NCBI GenBank assembly: GCA_965649265.1
Contig: CBFGKC010000004.1
Span: 150,738 to 214,737 of the forward strand
Length of the DNA: 64,000 bases
Direction of reading: 5' to 3'
From: a candidate division WOR-3 bacterium
GTDB taxonomy: Bacteria > Hydrothermota > Tepidihabitantia > B3-TA06
Part shown: piece by piece, positions 59,091-64,000 of the stretch
How positions within the stretch are numbered: position 1 is the first letter of the stretch
Layout of the letters: every line of letters starts with the position of its first letter
The notes under the pieces: model-generated
Database searches by the model: none
Seen by the model: the letters and a program-made list of their open reading frames with translations, nothing else
What the model was told of the DNA's origin: nothing
Made by a program: the position numbers and the translations under genes

Positions 59091-60737
59091 ATGAAGCGCA
59101 TCTTCTTGTTTTCAGTAATAACAACCCTGCCCCTGTGGGCCGTGTGGCAGAACCCTACGCCCATATGCACAGCTGCAGGAACGCAGGACAGTTTTCTTGT
59201 ACTGCCGTACGATAACGGTGGAGTTCTGGTTCTTTGGGAAGACAGCAGAAACGGCAACACGGACATCTACGCGCAAGCTCTCGACGCTGATGGTAACGCA
59301 TTGTGGCAAAAGGACGGTATACCTGTTGTTGTGCAGCCAGGCAATCAGACCCAGCTGGATGCGGTGGTTCTTGAGAGCGGCGACGTGGGAGTAATTTGGG
59401 ATGATGGGCGTGTATCCGGTCAGCATTCGGTTTATGCTCAACGCTTAACTCCAAACGGTTCTCTTAAGTGGGGTACAGGAGGAGTGTCGATAATCTCTAC
59501 ACAAATCGATCTTACTTATCCCCATCTTTGCCAGTCCAATGACGGTACAATCGTTGAATGGACACAGGGTGGAACTTACCCCCGCTTCATAAAAACTAAG
59601 CGTTTACTTGCTACTGGTCAAGTTATATGGGCTGATACTGGAAAAACAATCTGTGATGCAGACGTTGGCTTTGGTGATATGACCCCTGCTTTACACGGAA
59701 GCATTATTATTTCTTATGAAGACGATTTTTGGAAAGATGGCCAAGTAACGAGAGAATTCCGAGCACAAAGATTGGATTCCTTAGGTGCGTTTCTCTGGGG
59801 TGATTCAGGTATCTTACTTTACACCGTAAAACCCACATATGCTTTATTTTCAAAACCTCTTCTTGGTGGTTTTGACATTCAAGATGATTCAGGAGGAGCT
59901 ATAATCCAGTGGTGGACAATTGGTCAGCAACACGCACAACGCGTTGATTCTGCCGGAACATTATTGTGGGGAGATACTGGGATTGTTGTGTCGCCACCTG
60001 TTAACTCATCGTCTCTCCTGAAATCTGGTGGAATGTTTTTAGTGAGGAGTTCCATTGAAGACCATGAGTCAGTCTATGCACACAGGTTGACAATCGACGG
60101 AAAAACGCCTTGGGTTAGCTCGGGTTCAGAAATTTGGAGTATCTGGGCATATGCACCCCAAGGTGCTATTTACCCGTATGTCACAGAAGATGGAATTGTA
60201 ACCTGGCGAGATGTCTACGATAGTGGCGACCCTTACGGAAACAGATACGAAGAACGTGGAATCTTATCACAAAGGGTAGATGAGAATGGAAAAGTTCTCT
60301 GGCCTAACGAAATATTAGTTTGCGGAACAACCGGGAGTAATCCACGAATTGTATCAACTAATCATAAAGGTGGAATAATCGTATGGCAAGACAATCGAAA
60401 GGGGAACCTTGATCTTTACGCAACCAGGATAGACTCCTTGGGCAACCTGCCCCCGGGGATTGAGGAACCTGTTTTCCCAAAAAAGGAAACGGTCATTGAA
60501 GTTGTAGGATTATCTCAAATAAAAGTATACTTCGCTTCAAGCAGTGAGATATCTCTGGATGTATTTGATGTTGCAGGGTGTAAAGTAATAACTGTACAAC
60601 CCCGAAAAGTCGAGCCGGGTGCTCATTCTTTTAAGCTGGATTCTTATAATCTGGCAAGTGGTGTTTATCTCGTCAGGATAAACATTAAAGATCAAGAGAG
60701 AGAAACCCAATGGGCAAAAATAACGATCGCAAAGTAA
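59091..60737 (+). CDS. Secreted repeat protein with T9SS-like tail
   Basis: Repeated W.D.R.G..DIYAQ / G..LWG units; VFDVAG..LASGVYLVR. Confidence 0.8.
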   Translation: MKRIFLFSVITTLPLWAVWQNPTPICTAAGTQDSFLVLPYDNGGVLVLWEDSRNGNTDIYAQALDADGNALWQKDGIPVVVQPGNQTQLDAVVLESGDVGVIWDDGRVSGQHSVYAQRLTPNGSLKWGTGGVSIISTQIDLTYPHLCQSNDGTIVEWTQGGTYPRFIKTKRLLATGQVIWADTGKTICDADVGFGDMTPALHGSIIISYEDDFWKDGQVTREFRAQRLDSLGAFLWGDSGILLYTVKPTYALFSKPLLGGFDIQDDSGGAIIQWWTIGQQHAQRVDSAGTLLWGDTGIVVSPPVNSSSLLKSGGMFLVRSSIEDHESVYAHRLTIDGKTPWVSSGSEIWSIWAYAPQGAIYPYVTEDGIVTWRDVYDSGDPYGNRYEERGILSQRVDENGKVLWPNEILVCGTTGSNPRIVSTNHKGGIIVWQDNRKGNLDLYATRIDSLGNLPPGIEEPVFPKKETVIEVVGLSQIKVYFASSSEISLDVFDVAGCKVITVQPRKVEPGAHSFKLDSYNLASGVYLVRINIKDQERETQWAKITIAK

Positions 60738-60754
60738 AGGTTTAGGAGAGAACA

Positions 60755-62230
60755 ATGAAAAGGCTAATCATAGCGTCTCAATTTCTAATTAATGCAATGC
60801 TCTACGCTTCGTGGCCGCTTCCAGTATGTACAGATGATAATCTTCAGTTATTTCCATCTGTGGCCAAGACGAGTAATAGCTATATAACTGCTTTTGTAAA
60901 CAATAATACAGAAGGTAAACACTGCGAGATATATGCACAAAGATTCACTGACAATAGCGATGGGCTATGGGGTTCAGCCTTAATTGTATCTGCGGATACG
61001 GTTACATACTACCATGGACATCGCTTGGCTTCAAGAGTAATTCCTGGAAGCGGAGACACTGTTGTAGTGGCTTGGATTAACCATAAGAATAACACTCTCT
61101 GTGCTCAAAAGATTAGACCAGATGGCGGTAGAGCATGGAATCAAGGGTATCGTCCTATCGTCATCGGTACCATAGCCGCTCATACGCTTTACGAACCGCC
61201 GCAGGTTTGCTCGGACGGGTCAGGCGGGGCGATATTTGTCCGCATAGAAAAGACTGGCGGTGGGCCTTACGTCCACTCCGTAAAGGTTAAGCGGATAAAC
61301 TCCAGTGGAGGGGTGGAGTGGGATTCAACGATGGTGAGCGTCAGTGTGACTGACCCTAAAGCCGTACCTATTACAATGACTCGCATATGCGCGCGAAGCG
61401 ACGGCGGGGCAATGGTTACCTGGGTGCAATTCGCGTCAAGTTATTGGAGGGTTTACCTGCGAAGTATATCTTCAGGAGGCGTTTTGGGAACAACTGTCAA
61501 TGTTGATCAGGCAGACTGGGCTTGGTATAGCCCATACTACAATCATTTATGGACAGGTCTCAATATAGCAAGGACAGGTGACACTAATTACGTGGCCATG
61601 CAGTACCGATTGGCAAGGGTGGAGGAAGCAAAGACAGACAGTAATCTAATATCTATCATTACCCGGGAACGAATCTGTACAAGGGTTGTAATAGATGGTC
61701 AAACTCCATCTGCTCGTAAGGTGTTAGACGAATTGACTCCTAACGCCGGAGGCGACGTAGTATCTCCCTATGGCCCTATTAACAGAGACGTATATGCTTG
61801 TCTTGGAGTACCTGTGATGGTTGCCTCCTCAAGCGGAGCGTATGTCGCTTGGGAGAGGGGTTCATGGAGTACCGCGGCAGGATTTAAAAATGATGCGTGC
61901 GTGATCAAAACAGCACGAATAACATCCAGTGGAGATACGGCATGGGTGAAGTCTATCAAGAGCGGTAGTATGCTCTCAAATCGAGCACCAAAGATTATAG
62001 CCGACGGTTCAAATGCCTTGGTAGTTTGGCAAAACATGGACGGAAATGGAGGAGTATCTTCTCTTTATAAATGCAAACTCTTGGCTAGCGGTCCAGATTC
62101 AACCACTGTCTCATCAATAGCCAATCATGCTTTTTCCTTCGGCCTTACTAACGCAGGAAGCGGGAATGCAGTAGTGGTATGGAGCCAGAATCCTGGTTGG
62201 GACATCTACGCCAAAAAGTTCAGCTTTTGA
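60755..62230 (+). CDS. Secreted beta-rich repeat protein related to 59091
   Basis: Signal peptide; IYAQRF, SDGSGGA, VVW..DIYAK repeats. Confidence 0.7.
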   Translation: MKRLIIASQFLINAMLYASWPLPVCTDDNLQLFPSVAKTSNSYITAFVNNNTEGKHCEIYAQRFTDNSDGLWGSALIVSADTVTYYHGHRLASRVIPGSGDTVVVAWINHKNNTLCAQKIRPDGGRAWNQGYRPIVIGTIAAHTLYEPPQVCSDGSGGAIFVRIEKTGGGPYVHSVKVKRINSSGGVEWDSTMVSVSVTDPKAVPITMTRICARSDGGAMVTWVQFASSYWRVYLRSISSGGVLGTTVNVDQADWAWYSPYYNHLWTGLNIARTGDTNYVAMQYRLARVEEAKTDSNLISIITRERICTRVVIDGQTPSARKVLDELTPNAGGDVVSPYGPINRDVYACLGVPVMVASSSGAYVAWERGSWSTAAGFKNDACVIKTARITSSGDTAWVKSIKSGSMLSNRAPKIIADGSNALVVWQNMDGNGGVSSLYKCKLLASGPDSTTVSSIANHAFSFGLTNAGSGNAVVVWSQNPGWDIYAKKFSF

Positions 62231-62241
62231 GGAGTTTGAAA

Positions 62242-64000
62242 ATGAAAAAAGTAATGGTTTTATTAAGTGCTCTGATAATTCAAGGTAGTGTGTTATTTGC
62301 TCATCCCCTCGGTTTCAAAATATGTCTATACAATACCTCGGTGCCGCCGTCAGTAAATTCCTTGAGCAGTAGGGATAGCTTTCTTTTACGAAATATGGGA
62401 GGCGATCTAATACTAGCAAGCGAGTACGAAGGTGTGTATAACTGGTGCAAAGACATATGCAACGACGGAGGTTCAGTAAAGACACGATTCGGTACGACAT
62501 GCCCTGTATCTGGCGGTTACAAGGGGTGGTCATGGTATACAACTGGCTTAGGGCTTGTAGGCCGATATGTAGACTGGCGGACCTGTGCTGACAGCTTGGC
62601 TTTAGGTCAAGCTTTAATTGGTCTGTTATGTGACACTTTAAGTACACAATTCGGCAACAATAATGACGAAAATGCTTTTGCGAACTACAGGATTTTTGAT
62701 GGAGATTCAGGCTATCTCTTGGGTACATCTCGACAATTTGCGTTTAGAGGGGCACAATTACTATACGACAGTCTTAAAGAAGATGATGATAAACTAAAAG
62801 GAAATCGAATCGGTAACAATTCTCATTATATTTATTATTGGGGTTCTTTGGATTATCCCCAATCGCTCGATTACTACCTGGACATCCTAAAGGATGTCGA
62901 TGTTGCTGGTCCCGGATGTTATCCTTTCAACAATGTTGATACAAGCACCCAAAAGGCCTTACACAAAGCTATTGAGGGGTGCAGGAAACTCGCACGTTCT
63001 ATGAACGCTAGGGGTAAGGCCTATATGCCGCTTATCCAATGTGGACGTGATAATAGCAAAATAGTAAAAACCATAAATGGAAACGACACAATAATTGATA
63101 CTTTCCCTTCCAGAGCGCCGACAAGAACTCAATTAAGGGCGATAAGCTGGATCTCTTTAGCCTATGGATCGACCTGGTTGGGTTATTATACCTACAGAGG
63201 ATGGAGTTCTCTTACATCTGCGGCTGATACAATCAATTTCACAGGGGCTGCAGGAATTGTTGGAAAGGAATCGGATTCAAAACCATTCATTACAACCGAT
63301 AGTCTTAATTGGCTCAAAGCAAATGACTCTGTTTGGGGGGATTATACCTGGGATAACTACAACGTAGATAATGTATATCTTAACCTTTACCGAGTTATAC
63401 AGGAAATAAAGCTAATAAGTCCTACTCTTGCGAATTTGACCTGGGTGGACGGATTCAGTAAAAGCGAATTACCACGGGGTTGGGTAAAGGAAGTATCGGG
63501 TATTTCGAGCGGCGATTCGGCAGACTTTGGCATGTTCACGCACGATGAAAGTGGTGATCCTTATCTTATGGTTGTAAACCGGAACACGACATCCAACAAA
63601 AGTCTAACGCTAAAACTAACCCCCGGCCCTGGTCACTACACGATCACGGATGTTGCGAAGGATTCAGTTATTCGCGTCGCGAATACTGATTCTTCTGGCA
63701 TCTTGGATACCTTTACCGTATCGAATATTCCACCCGGCGGGGGGGTGTTGTTACATCTGGATAGAGCATCCTTCACAGATACCCTCTCTTCCAATGACCC
63801 TAACGCGACAGCCGGGTACAACGGAAGGAAGATAGTCGCTGACAAGTTCGGCGGGCTGCATGTGGTTTACACAACTAAATCAGGAGATACGTCAAAAGTT
63901 TGGTATGCCTACAGAAACACACCCTACACTTCACTAACCTCGGGCTGGTCAAAAATCCTCGTGGTTTCTAATGCTTCCACACCTTCGCTTGCTGTTGATT
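62242..64000 (+). CDS. Large secreted protein, possible glycoside-hydrolase-like domain (partial, open at window end)
   Basis: Not in the ORF track; I read the frame from ATG 62242 without a stop; signal peptide, RAPTRTQLRAISWISLAYGSTWLGYYTY, YLMVVN. Confidence 0.75.
   Translation, partial: MKKVMVLLSALIIQGSVLFAHPLGFKICLYNTSVPPSVNSLSSRDSFLLRNMGGDLILASEYEGVYNWCKDICNDGGSVKTRFGTTCPVSGGYKGWSWYTTGLGLVGRYVDWRTCADSLALGQALIGLLCDTLSTQFGNNNDENAFANYRIFDGDSGYLLGTSRQFAFRGAQLLYDSLKEDDDKLKGNRIGNNSHYIYYWGSLDYPQSLDYYLDILKDVDVAGPGCYPFNNVDTSTQKALHKAIEGCRKLARSMNARGKAYMPLIQCGRDNSKIVKTINGNDTIIDTFPSRAPTRTQLRAISWISLAYGSTWLGYYTYRGWSSLTSAADTINFTGAAGIVGKESDSKPFITTDSLNWLKANDSVWGDYTWDNYNVDNVYLNLYRVIQEIKLISPTLANLTWVDGFSKSELPRGWVKEVSGISSGDSADFGMFTHDESGDPYLMVVNRNTTSNKSLTLKLTPGPGHYTITDVAKDSVIRVANTDSSGILDTFTVSNIPPGGGVLLHLDRASFTDTLSSNDPNATAGYNGRKIVADKFGGLHVVYTTKSGDTSKVWYAYRNTPYTSLTSGWSKILVVSNASTPSLAVD

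Overview
64 kb of a roughly mid-GC, probably anaerobic diderm bacterium. Several T9SS-like C-terminal tails, lpt genes and an Hdr cluster suggest an FCB-related lineage such as WOR-3 (inference). Contents: a run of hydrolases and small redox/Cys-rich proteins (S9 peptidase, glutaredoxin + ferredoxin:disulfide reductase, three DUF3795), an ABC exporter, tRNA-Pro, an arsR-permease-trx-ccdA-acr3 operon, rdgB/SPOR/manC/DUF3108, three tandem paralogous lipoproteins with 2, 1 and 0 Ig-like stalk domains, an hdrC-hdrB-hdrA(GltD-fused)-hdrA-mvhD-fdhB-like cluster, a pyrG-acyltransferase-lptC-lptA-lptB-rpoN operon, a PAICS-type purC, a glycan operon, and a 3' fragment of tRNA-Gly(GCC) with putative integrase arm sites marking the edge of an island that runs past the window end. 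The most unusual signals are non-coding: at least three families of structured intergenic repeats (one with ~150-nt copies showing compensatory stem changes) and a strong preference for 16-bp spacers in sigma70-type promoters, several of which appear leaderless. All assignments come from reading motifs by eye; no searches were run.
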